Source of the DNA: a virus
Taxonomy: Duplodnaviria > Caudoviricetes
Length of the DNA: 57,936 bases
Reading direction: 5' to 3' (one strand)
Virus record (IMG/VR): IMGVR_UViG_3300025723_000043
Span: 1 to 57,936 of that record
Shown piece by piece: positions 32,082 to 42,002 of this stretch. Each line of letters begins with the position of its first letter. Within the stretch, counting starts at the first letter, position 1. The notes under the pieces are model-generated. The model was given only the letters and a program-made list of their open reading frames with translations, was not told where the DNA came from and ran no database searches. The translations under genes and the position numbers were made by a program.

Positions 32082-35000
32082 TATCTTGACTCCAGCGCTT
32101 CAATTCTTTTTAGCAATTGACCAATCGCGCCGAAAGACAGAATGGCGAGCTTTTCATAATCCACTGCCAATGATCCATCTGTTCTTGTACGAACTGCTTG
32201 TGGGAAAACCTTTTGAACGTCTTGGGCGATCACACCAAACGATTGCTTGGGTTGGAAATACTCATCCTCACCACCGTGATCTGCAAGGTACTCATCTGTC
32301 CAATCAAATGTCTTAGAACCAATTGCAGTCACAATGCCAAGTGGGTCTTGGATGTCTTGTACGTTTGTTTTGAACTTGATGTCGGATGAGTAGTACGCTG
32401 TGATGTTGCCTGTAGCGTAGATTGCACCAGCACCTGAGTCTGCTGTTGTGCCTACGGAAAGGCCACCTGCGGCAGATAGTGTCATTGCTTGGGTAAAAGT
32501 AGCGTTAGTTCCTGCTGTTCCTGATGGCGCTATGCTCCAAGTAAATGCACCACCACCAGTTTGCGAAAAATAAGAAGCATAATTGGTTGTTATGTACTTA
32601 TTATTTGTGCCATCATAATAAAAATTAGATGACATATAAATATCATTACCAGAAGCTCCAGCCCAAAATGCACCAGCACGACCGATTTGAATTGCTTTGT
32701 AGCTTGTTGTCCAAGCACTAGGAGTAACTCCTAATCCTAAGTTACCAGAAGTATCCAAACGCATTTGTTGGCTACCGTTTGTGTAGAACGATAAAGGCAA
32801 GTAAGTGCCTGTACCATTGATGCCTGATACCAACTGAACATCTGTAGATCCATTTGTGGCAATTAAAATCTTAGATGCGTTTGTAGGGTCTGAATTGTTT
32901 GTTGCCTGCCAAGAGGCTGCAGTTGAAGTCCCATTTGGCAACGCATAAATACCAGTTGTGCCATTTGACGTTCCAGTCTGAAATGCTGTTCTGCTAGAAA
33001 ACGTGGCATTTGAGAAGTCTCCTTGAAATCTAGCACTTACACCTGCATTACCAAGAGTAAGTGTTGTTCCATTGAATGTCAGATTAGCACTTGATTGATA
33101 TGCACTAGTACCATTTCCATAAGGCACATAGTTAGCAGTCAAGGAAGTCAATCCTGTACCACCATTTGATACATTCAGAGTACCAGATAGAGTAATGGCA
33201 CCTGTTGTTGTTGTACTTGGTGTAAATCCAGTAGTTCCTGCACTAAAACTAGTTACGCCAGAATTGTTGATCGTGATGGCAGAAGAACCGTTATAAGTTG
33301 TGCCTGAGCTATAAGATATACCAGTTCCAGCAGTCAAAGAATTAGTTACTGATCCTGCTGTTCCTGCTGTTGCCGCATTCAAGTTTGCTACCTGCGTAGT
33401 GCTTGACACAACAAAAGGAGCCGTTCCTGTTGATACAGTTGAAGTAATCTGTCCTGATGCAGAAACTGTAGTGAATGCTCCAGTTGTTGGAGTTGTTGCA
33501 CCAACAGTACCATTGATATTGATCGATGCAGTTCCAGTTAAATTTGTAACAGTACCACTTGATGGTGTTCCAAGTGCTCCACCGTTGACTACAAAAGCAC
33601 CTGCTGACCCTGTGTTGACTGCTAAAGCGGTCGCAACTCCAGTGCCTAGACCACTTACGCCAGTGGAAATTGGCAATCCTGTAGCGTTTGTAAGCGTTCC
33701 AGAGCTTGGTGTGCCCAAAGCTCCACCATTTACAACAAAAGAACCTGAAGAACCTGTATTAACAGCTAATGCCGTAGCTACACCAGTTCCTAAACCACTA
33801 ACTCCAGTAGAAATAGGTAAACCAGTAGCATTGGTCAAAGTACCAGATGATGGAGTTCCTAATGCACCACCATTGACTACAAAAGCTCCAGCAGATCCAG
33901 TATTTACACCTAAAGCCGTAACTACGCCTGTACCAGTTGTTATTGTGCTAGGTGCATTTCCTGCACCACCACCAATCATCAAGGCATTTGCAGACAATAC
34001 AGCACTTGATGCCCATGTGCTTGCCGAACTAAAGTAAACAATACCGCCAGAAGTTCCCGCAACAGTCAAAGCAGGCGTTGTGGTTGCAGTTGCAACTGAG
34101 ATCAATCCACCAGTAAATGAAACCGATGTCACTGTGCCACTACCACTGGTGGCTGATAGAGTACCAGTGCTAAAAGAAAGCCCAGAACCTATTGTGACAT
34201 TGCTAAAACCACCACTACCATTACCATAAAGAATTGATGTTCCACTTGTAGCTGGGGCGTAATCGGTGCCAGAGACTGCGGCCGATATCGCAGTGCCATT
34301 ACCCTTCAAAACCCCAGTAACCGTTGTAGAAAGCGTTATGGCAGGTGAAACATTTGGATTTGCAACCGTTCCTGCAAAACCATTTGCACTAACAACAGAT
34401 ACTGTCGTAACGGTTCCAGCTCCACTTACTGTAGTCCAGATTGGAGGAGATGAACCTTGGCTTGTCAATAATTGACCAGTAACACCAACTGAAGAAACGC
34501 CATAAGCAGTGCCAGTTCCATAAATAACAGAACCTGCAGTTGGAGAACTAGATGAGTTTGTACCACCATAGGCTGTACTTAAAGTACCACTACTTATTGC
34601 ACTTGCAGAAATAGATACTGAGTTATTGGTAACGCTTGTTATTTGACCATATGCGTTAGTTGTAATTTGTGGAATGGTTGAAGCAGAACCATAAGTACCA
34701 GCAGTACCAACTGTAGCCAAAGACAACGTACCTGTTGTAGTAATTGGACCACCAGTCAAACCAGCACCAGAATTAATATTGGTTACAGTACCTGTATTAA
34801 GTGTATTACTTGAAGCTGAAGTAATACGACCATAGGCATCGACAGTTATGGTTGGAGCTGTATAAGTTCCTGCAGTTACAGCAGTTGTAACCAATGAAAA
34901 TGTAGGCGTTCCACTTACGCCATTTGCATTAGCAATAGCAATTTGTCCTGAAGTGCCTTGCAATGTTTGTGTTGCAAAGGTAGAACCATTGAGAATTACT

Positions 35001-35449
35001 AACCCTGTGCCACTTAGGGCGGCAATCGTTGCTAAAGTTCCTGTTACAGAAATAGTAGGGTTTCCACTTATTCCATTACCATTGGTAATTTGTAATCCAG
35101 TTCCAGAAACAGAAATAGTTCTATTAACAACTGTTCCAGAACTTGTTTTAGAAATCATTCCAAAACCTGCAGACTCAAGAGATCCAGATGTTCCGTTTAA
35201 TGAAATTTGATAGCTGTTTCCTGCACCATTGTCAGTCAAACCAAGACCTGTTCCTGTAGCCAAGTAGCGACTAGAACCCAACGCAGGAGTTGCATTTACA
35301 GTTACAAAACTGTATGTGCTAAGGTTTGATGTGGCTTGAATTTGACCAGTCGTGGTTTGAACTGTATTCCCATTTTGAACAACAGGAACCAATTCAGTGC
35401 CTGTCAAGGCACCAGCTACGGGTAATTGTGCAATGGTTACATTTGCCAT
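32081..35449 (-). CDS. Long tail fibre with C-terminal peptidase S74 chaperone
   Basis: MANVTI.QLP N-terminus, GTVT.V repeats, MRLDTSGNLGLG, SDIKFKTNV...FGVIAQDV..VFP.AV...VDYEKL. Confidence 0.88.
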   Translation of the reverse strand: MANVTIAQLPVAGALTGTELVPVVQNGNTVQTTTGQIQATSNLSTYSFVTVNATPALGSSRYLATGTGLGLTDNGAGNSYQISLNGTSGSLESAGFGMISKTSSGTVVNRTISVSGTGLQITNGNGISGNPTISVTGTLATIAALSGTGLVILNGSTFATQTLQGTSGQIAIANANGVSGTPTFSLVTTAVTAGTYTAPTITVDAYGRITSASSNTLNTGTVTNINSGAGLTGGPITTTGTLSLATVGTAGTYGSASTIPQITTNAYGQITSVTNNSVSISASAISSGTLSTAYGGTNSSSSPTAGSVIYGTGTAYGVSSVGVTGQLLTSQGSSPPIWTTVSGAGTVTTVSVVSANGFAGTVANPNVSPAITLSTTVTGVLKGNGTAISAAVSGTDYAPATSGTSILYGNGSGGFSNVTIGSGLSFSTGTLSATSGSGTVTSVSFTGGLISVATATTTPALTVAGTSGGIVYFSSASTWASSAVLSANALMIGGGAGNAPSTITTGTGVVTALGVNTGSAGAFVVNGGALGTPSSGTLTNATGLPISTGVSGLGTGVATALAVNTGSSGSFVVNGGALGTPSSGTLTNATGLPISTGVSGLGTGVATALAVNTGSAGAFVVNGGALGTPSSGTVTNLTGTASININGTVGATTPTTGAFTTVSASGQITSTVSTGTAPFVVSSTTQVANLNAATAGTAGSVTNSLTAGTGISYSSGTTYNGSSAITINNSGVTSFSAGTTGFTPSTTTTGAITLSGTLNVSNGGTGLTSLTANYVPYGNGTSAYQSSANLTFNGTTLTLGNAGVSARFQGDFSNATFSSRTAFQTGTSNGTTGIYALPNGTSTAASWQATNNSDPTNASKILIATNGSTDVQLVSGINGTGTYLPLSFYTNGSQQMRLDTSGNLGLGVTPSAWTTSYKAIQIGRAGAFWAGASGNDIYMSSNFYYDGTNNKYITTNYASYFSQTGGGAFTWSIAPSGTAGTNATFTQAMTLSAAGGLSVGTTADSGAGAIYATGNITAYYSSDIKFKTNVQDIQDPLGIVTAIGSKTFDWTDEYLADHGGEDEYFQPKQSFGVIAQDVQKVFPQAVRTRTDGSLAVDYEKLAILSFGAIGQLLKRIEALESR
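33540..33935 (-). repeat. About 2.7 copies of a 48-aa (144-nt) repeat in the tail fibre
   Basis: GTGVATALAVNTGSAGAFVVNGGALGTPSSGTLTNATGLPISTGVSGL, 144-nt period. Confidence 0.85.
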
Positions 35450-35451
35450 GA

Positions 35452-35805
35452 TTATGGGTTCTCAGGTGGACTTGGACTCAAGGTGTCAAGGTTGCCATTG
35501 TCAGAAGGGGTCTGTGTGTTTGGCGTTGGTGACAGATCCAATTGTACAGAACCTGTGGTCTGTATTGCATCTGGTATTACGTCAATATTTTCGTCTGGCC
35601 TTGGGAATCTGATGTTGATGCGTTCGGTCTTACGGGCGGCGAGCCTGTAGGGGTCCTTCTCATCTTTACAGCCTTGGGCACAGACACGCAACCCGGGGAA
35701 GTTAAAGTCCATGCTCATCTCAGCATGAGGCCTCTTCATCTTGCACCTATCGCATATCGCAATCGATATGGTAGACATCCCACGAGTATCAAGGAATAAG
35801 GGCAT
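35452..35805 (-). CDS. Conserved Zn-finger virion-region protein
   Basis: ICDRC...GLRVC..C.D..DP...RPD. Confidence 0.7.
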   Translation of the reverse strand: MPLFLDTRGMSTISIAICDRCKMKRPHAEMSMDFNFPGLRVCAQGCKDEKDPYRLAARKTERINIRFPRPDENIDVIPDAIQTTGSVQLDLSPTPNTQTPSDNGNLDTLSPSPPENP

Positions 35806-35807
35806 TA

Positions 35808-36881
35808 TTACCTCGTGTAAACGCTAATGTTTGGGCTGAAGTATTCAGGTGACTTGTCTCTTTCCTCTTGCTCAACGTCATAGAGGAACTTGTCAGCCAT
35901 TTTTTCAAGATAAGCTATGCGAGTTGGGTCTACTTGAGGCAACTCCAAGCTCATTCTGTGAGCTAACATGAAAATAGTAGCTTCATACCACCTTTGTGGA
36001 ATGGCTAACTGCTGTTGAAGCGTTCCAACATCCTCAATCTGAGCTGAATACCAGACAGTCATCTGCACAAAAGACGTATTTGGCACAGGCCAAAGCGTCA
36101 TGGTAGGCTGATTGATGGTTCTTTGGAAATAATATTGAAAAGGCTGGTTAGCAGTGAAGTTTTTGTTAGGCAAATTGGTGTAATCGTCCCTGTTTAGACG
36201 AGACATCTCGATTTCACGAGAGTTATTGCCCAAATACCACTCTCTAAGAGCCAAAGTGGTGTTATTGAAGGCTTGGATGCGATAGAACTCCACGTTGAAC
36301 CCGGGGTCCACATCTTGCCAAATCCACTGCCCATCACTCACAGTCACATTTGTAGCTGTGTATATGGTTGACCAGTTCGTGTTGTCGCTCGAAGCCTGCA
36401 AATAGTAGCTCCAAGTCTGCGTTCCACCATTCGCAACATAGGGCATGATACCTATCGAACCTATGTACTGAGGGTTTGTAGACCCATAATCCACCTCAAA
36501 ATAGCCATTTGCGCTAGTTTGTTGTGCATAAGTGTTTACATTGTTATCGTATAGATAGGAAACGTTTCCACCAGCACTAGAGGAATAGTTACCACTAGGT
36601 TGTGCCATTTGGCGATACAAGACGTTCAGAGCATCATTGGCACCCAAGGGTAGCTGATACTCGTATTGGTTGGCGTTAAGGCCTATAACAACCTTTTGGA
36701 CAGCAAAATACTGTATGCCACGGTTGATCATGTTGGAGAGGAGAAAGTACAGGTTCTCAAGGGCCGCCTGTTGCTGTTCGCTCGTTGTCTCTTCAGCCAA
36801 CTTCCCACACCTACGCACAGCGTGGTCAATGACCGTCTGCGTGTTAATAACTGTTGTGCTTACGGTTCCTGAGAAAGCCAT
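35808..36881 (-). CDS. Head-tail adaptor with inserted discoidin/F5-8-like domain
   Basis: A.RRCG N-terminus; LQAS.DN.NW...YR discoidin motif; R.DY.NLPNK....P.QYY, LWPVP, PQRWY. Confidence 0.7.
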   Translation of the reverse strand: MAFSGTVSTTVINTQTVIDHAVRRCGKLAEETTSEQQQAALENLYFLLSNMINRGIQYFAVQKVVIGLNANQYEYQLPLGANDALNVLYRQMAQPSGNYSSSAGGNVSYLYDNNVNTYAQQTSANGYFEVDYGSTNPQYIGSIGIMPYVANGGTQTWSYYLQASSDNTNWSTIYTATNVTVSDGQWIWQDVDPGFNVEFYRIQAFNNTTLALREWYLGNNSREIEMSRLNRDDYTNLPNKNFTANQPFQYYFQRTINQPTMTLWPVPNTSFVQMTVWYSAQIEDVGTLQQQLAIPQRWYEATIFMLAHRMSLELPQVDPTRIAYLEKMADKFLYDVEQEERDKSPEYFSPNISVYTR

Positions 36882-36890
36882 GTTTTTTCC

Positions 36891-37412
36891 TTACCAACCG
36901 GGGCAATTCCAGCGCTTTAAAGATGCTTTTGCTCTTGGCGCATCTCCACTTGAATGCTTAACAACACCGCTCATGCGGGCACAAAATGAATCTTTTCTTG
37001 AGCCACCTTGAGGCTGTGGAGCCTTCAAATGGCTACCAGTCTCACGGTTGTACTTAGCTCTACCTTTAGCAGTCAGTCCAGCTCCCTTGTCTGTCGATAG
37101 TTTTTCACCACGACTGACAGCCAAGTTGACCCCACCACCTTCTTTTTTCTTTGCAGTTTTAGCTGACTCAATAAAGGCTTCCTTGGTTGGGGCACCCTTA
37201 GATCCGACATGACGCATTTTTTCGCCTGATCCATGGGCTATCCTATCTTGTTTAGCATGGATATTGGCATACAAACCACCTTTTGCCATTTTCTTCCCCT
37301 CGTCAGCTTTGACAAACTCTTTGCCAACCTTTTGAGGAACGCCACCAAACCCACCCTTTGTGTGGGCTGCGGCCTCCATCAGTCGATGTTGAGCTGGTGA
37401 CTTGCTAGGCAT
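36891..37412 (-). CDS. Three-module basic protein ending in a DUF6321-like domain
   Basis: MPSKSPAQH.LM.A.AH module; GLYANIHAK...APT..AF..SAKT module; GAGLTAKGR...SFCARM module; modules separated by MAKGG and KKEGG. Confidence 0.7.
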   Translation of the reverse strand: MPSKSPAQHRLMEAAAHTKGGFGGVPQKVGKEFVKADEGKKMAKGGLYANIHAKQDRIAHGSGEKMRHVGSKGAPTKEAFIESAKTAKKKEGGGVNLAVSRGEKLSTDKGAGLTAKGRAKYNRETGSHLKAPQPQGGSRKDSFCARMSGVVKHSSGDAPRAKASLKRWNCPGW

Positions 37413-38182
37413 TATGTACCTACGCCAGTGACGCTGTTGTTAGCTTGAATCAATTTTCCATTAACAACCAAACCTGCACCAATAGTTCCTGTACTTGCCT
37501 TCAATTGGAATTGAAGATCAGTTTTTTGGGTGTATTTAAAAGGATTTGGTCTTGTAATTGTGAAAATTGAAACAAAAGGTTGTTGCAACACACTCAAAGT
37601 TACACCAGTCACATTATTTGTGGCTTGCACGTTGTAAGTTACGATAACACTACTTGTATAACTATTGCTTGTATTTATCTCAACTTGATCTAAATAAAAT
37701 TCATAATTTGCAGGTACGCTGTACCAAGCATTTTGAGATTTACCAATACCTACATTGATTTGACCGTAAGTTGTTGTGCTTACTTTGATTGTAATTTGAC
37801 CAACATTTGTTGTTTGACCAGATGCTGGGGTTGCCAAAAACAAATTGTTGATCCTCAAATAACTATTCACTGTGGTTGTGCCACCTGTTGCAATAGTTAC
37901 TGTTTCTGAAATTTGGTTCCAGTTTGCATCTAATCCAACTACAAGCACTGTAGCTCCATTATCAGTAGAAGAATTACTTGCCACTGTCATGGTTGATGCT
38001 GATGCTGGGAAAGCATATGCTGAAGCATTTTCCCAAACTGCAATTGATGTGGTACCAATCGAAGGCTGATACCCAAAAATACTGACTGTGCTGTGGCCTG
38101 CAATTTGACCACGAGCTACTTGAAGATCAAATGGCTCATACGCACCTGCTCTAGTGATTGACGCAGTAATTCCATTACTCAT
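37412..38182 (-). CDS. Virion structural protein (beta-rich)
   Basis: F.LQVARG.I.GH, ....GLDANW...E.V, YLRIN, Y.VPA, KTD.Q. Confidence 0.6.
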   Translation of the reverse strand: MSNGITASITRAGAYEPFDLQVARGQIAGHSTVSIFGYQPSIGTTSIAVWENASAYAFPASASTMTVASNSSTDNGATVLVVGLDANWNQISETVTIATGGTTTVNSYLRINNLFLATPASGQTTNVGQITIKVSTTTYGQINVGIGKSQNAWYSVPANYEFYLDQVEINTSNSYTSSVIVTYNVQATNNVTGVTLSVLQQPFVSIFTITRPNPFKYTQKTDLQFQLKASTGTIGAGLVVNGKLIQANNSVTGVGT

Positions 38183-38195
38183 GATGTTTCCTTAA

Positions 38196-38221
38196 AGAGT
38201 GGGAGCCTAAGCCCCCACCTT
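38196..38221 (-). terminator. Putative terminator hairpin
   Basis: GTGGGGGC-TTAG-GCTCCCAC followed by TCTTT on the - strand. Confidence 0.5.
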
Positions 38222-38223
38222 AT

Positions 38224-39744
38224 TTAACGCTTGATACTGCCACCACGTTTTTTCTGTGTAGGTGTAACAGAAATCTGTTTAACAGTCTTTGTTACGCTTC
38301 CAGCAGGTGGTGTAGGACTGCCCATACCAATAGCTGATTTGACCATGCTATAGCCCTTTCTCAAGGGATCTAGAATCATGTTTCTCATAGCTAAGTTATC
38401 AGCAGTGTCCTGCTTTGCTACAGAGTCATAGCCACCACGAGACAGATCGTTTTCATCTGTCCCGTCAGCAAACTTTTTTACTCTGCCACCTTTCTTAAAA
38501 GTGCCAGACAGCTCATTGATGTGAACTGGTCTGGAAGCAGGCTTGTGAGCTTGGGGCATTACCACGGCAGAACCCTGTTTGTTAACAGTGCCCCCCGTGG
38601 CGAAGTGCTTTTTTACGGCATGACCTCCACGCTTGTATCCACCAGCATTGGCTTCTTTCACTTCACCAGTCTTGGTGTGTGTTTTGCCTTTTGGTGTGCC
38701 TTCTACGTTGTCAACAGCATAGTGCATTTCATTGCCCTCGATGGTGCCACCTTTGGCATAGTGATGTTTACCACCATGCTTGTGATGAGCCTTACCACCG
38801 TGTTTGAAGCCACCAGCATTAGCCATTGCAACGCCACCAGTACCATGTGCTGAATCGTGATGCTCACCATCTTCCATCATGGTGTTTTCATAACGATCTG
38901 CAACATTGTCTGATACGGTTCCACCAATAGCGTACTTACCACCCTTGCACATGGCTTTGTGGTGCTCCATCATCTTTTTGTGATGAGCAGAACCACCTTC
39001 TTTGTGCATTTTGGCATGGTGTTTCATCATGGCTTTATGGTGTTCCATCGAACCCTCAGGGTGACCTGATTTGTGATGTACTTTTCCACCATGAGCGTGG
39101 TGAACCTTGCCACCATGCTTGTAACCACCTGCATTGCCTTCTTTGACAGCACCAGTACCATGTACTTTGTCACGCTTGGCTTCATGCATTTCGGTTTGAA
39201 CATAAGGCTTCTCATCGTTTTCGATGGTAGTTTTGGTTTCAAACTTGTCTAAAGCTTTAGCCATACCATCGCCAACTTTTCCACCTTTAGCAAACTTGTG
39301 GTGAGCTTTACCACCATGCTTGAGTGTCAAGTGTGTGCCTTTACCACCTTTGTGCTCTTGAGCATCATGCTCCTTAAAAGCCTTTTTGATCATGGCCTTA
39401 TCTTGAGCAATGTCTCCACCCTCAGCGTGGTGCTTGGCTTTTCCACCCTTCTTCATCATAGGTGTAGCCATGCCAGCCATAGCTTTTCTACGCATAGCCA
39501 TTGAAGGCTTCATAGGTGCTCTACCAGCCAAAGCAGGAGGCAAGCCACGAGCAACAGGAGCTACTGACATACCTGCCATGCCACCATCAAGATGGTGTTC
39601 CATGGTCTTGTGACCATGTTCTTCCTTCTTGTGCTTCATGGAGACATGACCACCTTTTTTAAACTTCAGAATAACTGAAGGCTCATCCGTCATCATTTTA
39701 GGCATTTGGCTGAAGCCACCTGCACTTTTCATTGATTTAGCCAT
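38224..39744 (-). CDS. His/Lys-rich low-complexity protein with about 20 xxGG motifs
   Basis: FKKGG, MKKGG, HAEGG, FAKGG, YKHGG, YAIGG, FATGG and others; three GTG.V..[AG]NAGG[YF]K[HR]GG-like repeats. Confidence 0.75.
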   Translation of the reverse strand: MAKSMKSAGGFSQMPKMMTDEPSVILKFKKGGHVSMKHKKEEHGHKTMEHHLDGGMAGMSVAPVARGLPPALAGRAPMKPSMAMRRKAMAGMATPMMKKGGKAKHHAEGGDIAQDKAMIKKAFKEHDAQEHKGGKGTHLTLKHGGKAHHKFAKGGKVGDGMAKALDKFETKTTIENDEKPYVQTEMHEAKRDKVHGTGAVKEGNAGGYKHGGKVHHAHGGKVHHKSGHPEGSMEHHKAMMKHHAKMHKEGGSAHHKKMMEHHKAMCKGGKYAIGGTVSDNVADRYENTMMEDGEHHDSAHGTGGVAMANAGGFKHGGKAHHKHGGKHHYAKGGTIEGNEMHYAVDNVEGTPKGKTHTKTGEVKEANAGGYKRGGHAVKKHFATGGTVNKQGSAVVMPQAHKPASRPVHINELSGTFKKGGRVKKFADGTDENDLSRGGYDSVAKQDTADNLAMRNMILDPLRKGYSMVKSAIGMGSPTPPAGSVTKTVKQISVTPTQKKRGGSIKR

Positions 39745-39757
39745 GGTTTATTTCTCC

Positions 39758-40999
39758 TTAGGCTTGTGTAACACCTAATGCACCTGTACGGGTAGCATTG
39801 GGACCAACAGCGATGCCGGGCAGGGCAATAGTCATCACTAAACGCTTTACGCCATCTGATGATGATGTAGGTACGAATGTTCCACGAACATCCCCTGTTG
39901 TTGAGGTTGCAGGATTTGTCATATCTGCTGGAACAAATGTACCTGCGTTTTGCAACAGTGTATTGTTCCAACCAACCTTGACAATATACCCAGCATCAAA
40001 ACAACGTACTGGCAAACCCAATATATCTGTTGTACCTATGGTGATTGTTGTGCCTGTAGCACCTGCGATTGTTGCTGAAGTGATTTGATAAAAGGCTTTT
40101 TTACCATTTACAGCAGTGCTGACAGAAGAGCTACTTGTAATAGACTCTGACATGGCTTGACCATAGTAGTCAAAACCACTGATAAGCACAGCACGAGGGG
40201 CGGCGCCCAGCGTGTATGTCAAACCAGTTGGCGTACCTGCTGTAGTCACCACTGCACCACCTGCAGTCGTAGTCAACGTAGCAGTTGTCGTAGTTACAGC
40301 AGACAAAATGTAAGTTGTAGGATTGGTATAACCAGTGATTGATCCAGTACCACCCAAAGCACCACTAATAGTCAAATATTGACCTGTGTATACGTTTGCA
40401 TTAGAGGTAAAAGATATTTGTCCACCAGTACCAGTGATTGCAACTCCAGCCAAAGTTGTACTAGTTGCAGTACCAGTCACAACTTGCAAAGCACGAGGTG
40501 TGTTCAACTGAATTACTGATGTACCATCTGGACGAACAATTGACTTGGCTGAAGTGCCAGCAGTCAATGTTAAAGCACCAGATGCTGTTGGCGTTTGGGA
40601 TGTGGCAATGTTGGCGGCCTGCAACGTCTGGGGCACGCAATCCCAAATATATACACGACCAAGAGGACCAACACCCAAATCCATGGGAGAAGGGTCACCC
40701 AAATATGCATCACCTGAAGAGGTAATTGTGATTGAACCAGTTGCACTTGAGGATGCACTGAGCGTGTAAGTACCAGCACCACCAGAACCTGACACAAAAG
40801 CAGTAATGTAAGAACCAGTAGTGATACCTGTTCCACTTACATATTGTCCCAAAGTCAATGGCTCACCACTCTGAAGAGCAGTAATGGTCATTGTTGTGCC
40901 AGTAACAGAACCAGTATAAATACCTTCTGTCTGGCTGAGATCCAGACCCATGTACGTCTGGGCTGGGCCTAAAAATAAATCGTCTGAAAATTGAGGCAT
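39758..40999 (-). CDS. Capsid-associated structural protein with inserted beta domains
   Basis: Follows the MCP; G.DYYGQ.M.E, GKKAF, GTTD.LGLP, AT.TTGDVRGT motifs. Confidence 0.65.
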   Translation of the reverse strand: MPQFSDDLFLGPAQTYMGLDLSQTEGIYTGSVTGTTMTITALQSGEPLTLGQYVSGTGITTGSYITAFVSGSGGAGTYTLSASSSATGSITITSSGDAYLGDPSPMDLGVGPLGRVYIWDCVPQTLQAANIATSQTPTASGALTLTAGTSAKSIVRPDGTSVIQLNTPRALQVVTGTATSTTLAGVAITGTGGQISFTSNANVYTGQYLTISGALGGTGSITGYTNPTTYILSAVTTTTATLTTTAGGAVVTTAGTPTGLTYTLGAAPRAVLISGFDYYGQAMSESITSSSSVSTAVNGKKAFYQITSATIAGATGTTITIGTTDILGLPVRCFDAGYIVKVGWNNTLLQNAGTFVPADMTNPATSTTGDVRGTFVPTSSSDGVKRLVMTIALPGIAVGPNATRTGALGVTQA

Positions 41000-41033
41000 T
41001 TTGATCTTCTCCTTGAAAAGCTTGATCAGATTT

Positions 41034-41063
41034 AAAAAAGGGGAGAGGTTTTAGCCCCTCCCC
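41034..41063 (-). terminator. Rho-independent terminator after the major capsid gene
   Basis: GGGGAG[GA]GG stem-loop followed by T6 on the - strand. Confidence 0.75.
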
Positions 41064-41074
41064 ATGCAGGCGTT

Positions 41075-41989
41075 TTAGACCCCGGGCGTTCCGTACAGAG
41101 CACGAGGATCAGTCCAGTTAGGAATGTATCGCTCAGTCGCTTTGTAGCGCATAGAGTCAGTCTCGAAGTCACCTTCCATGGTTTTCTCCAAACGTCTACG
41201 CATCATGAGTTTCATACCCTCAGGAGCGTCAGTTTGAACCCACCATGCAGTAGCTGATGTCAAACGTGACAGGACTGCGGCACCCTCGTCCAACAAACCA
41301 ATTGACTTAACAGGGTTCAAGTCATTGTTTGCTGTACCAGTACGCAATACTGATTTCAACAATACTTCAGCTTGGAAGATGTTGCCGGGGGCCACCACCA
41401 ATTGGCGAGGCACCAAACGAATCTTCTTACCATTGTTGTCCACAGCTTGACGGATTTGAATCAACATCTGTTCGAGAGATGTCTGAGACAAGTTAGCCGC
41501 TGTTGCCAACTGGTTGCTGAATGTACCATTCACGATTGGGTGAGCAGTGTTGATCAACGACACGCCATCACCACCCAAATAAGAACTATTGAAAGCTCTG
41601 TTCAAAATGTTTGCACAGAGGGTTTCTTTAGTCTCAATGAGTGATTGAGCGAGGTGACGAGCATACACTTGACCAATACGGATATGGTCACCGTCTTCAA
41701 CCAACACTTTAGTCAACGCAAAGGCAAGGCCATAGACGTTGTAGATATAGCGCTGGAGGAAGAGTACACCACCTTGTTGGTAGCTGACAGGAGTACCGTC
41801 AGGCAACTGGGGCGCGGCTCCAAATCCATAAAGGACTGGCTCTTCGTGGTAGTTACGGGGAATGCCCTCTTGTTCACGGAAAACACGAGACCATTCATCT
41901 TCACGGAGGTCATAAACTCCATCAAAACATTCATTAAGAATAGGTTCAACGATGGATCTAAAGTCCGTACTTCGCATTGGTGCGGCCAT
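41075..41989 (-). CDS. Major capsid protein (HK97 fold, Mu gpT-like)
   Basis: E....GFG.A, GDGV.L....HP, P..LVV.P, DF.T...RYKA.ERY...W.DPR; position after the scaffold. Confidence 0.88.
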   Translation of the reverse strand: MAAPMRSTDFRSIVEPILNECFDGVYDLREDEWSRVFREQEGIPRNYHEEPVLYGFGAAPQLPDGTPVSYQQGGVLFLQRYIYNVYGLAFALTKVLVEDGDHIRIGQVYARHLAQSLIETKETLCANILNRAFNSSYLGGDGVSLINTAHPIVNGTFSNQLATAANLSQTSLEQMLIQIRQAVDNNGKKIRLVPRQLVVAPGNIFQAEVLLKSVLRTGTANNDLNPVKSIGLLDEGAAVLSRLTSATAWWVQTDAPEGMKLMMRRRLEKTMEGDFETDSMRYKATERYIPNWTDPRALYGTPGV

Positions 41990-42002
41990 GGTTTATGCCT
42001 CC

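Noticed and set aside
33399-34037. Long + strand ORF (212 aa) and the many other antisense ORFs across the structural region
   Set aside because: Shadows of Gly/Thr/Ala-rich - strand genes; no RBS or recognisable motifs.
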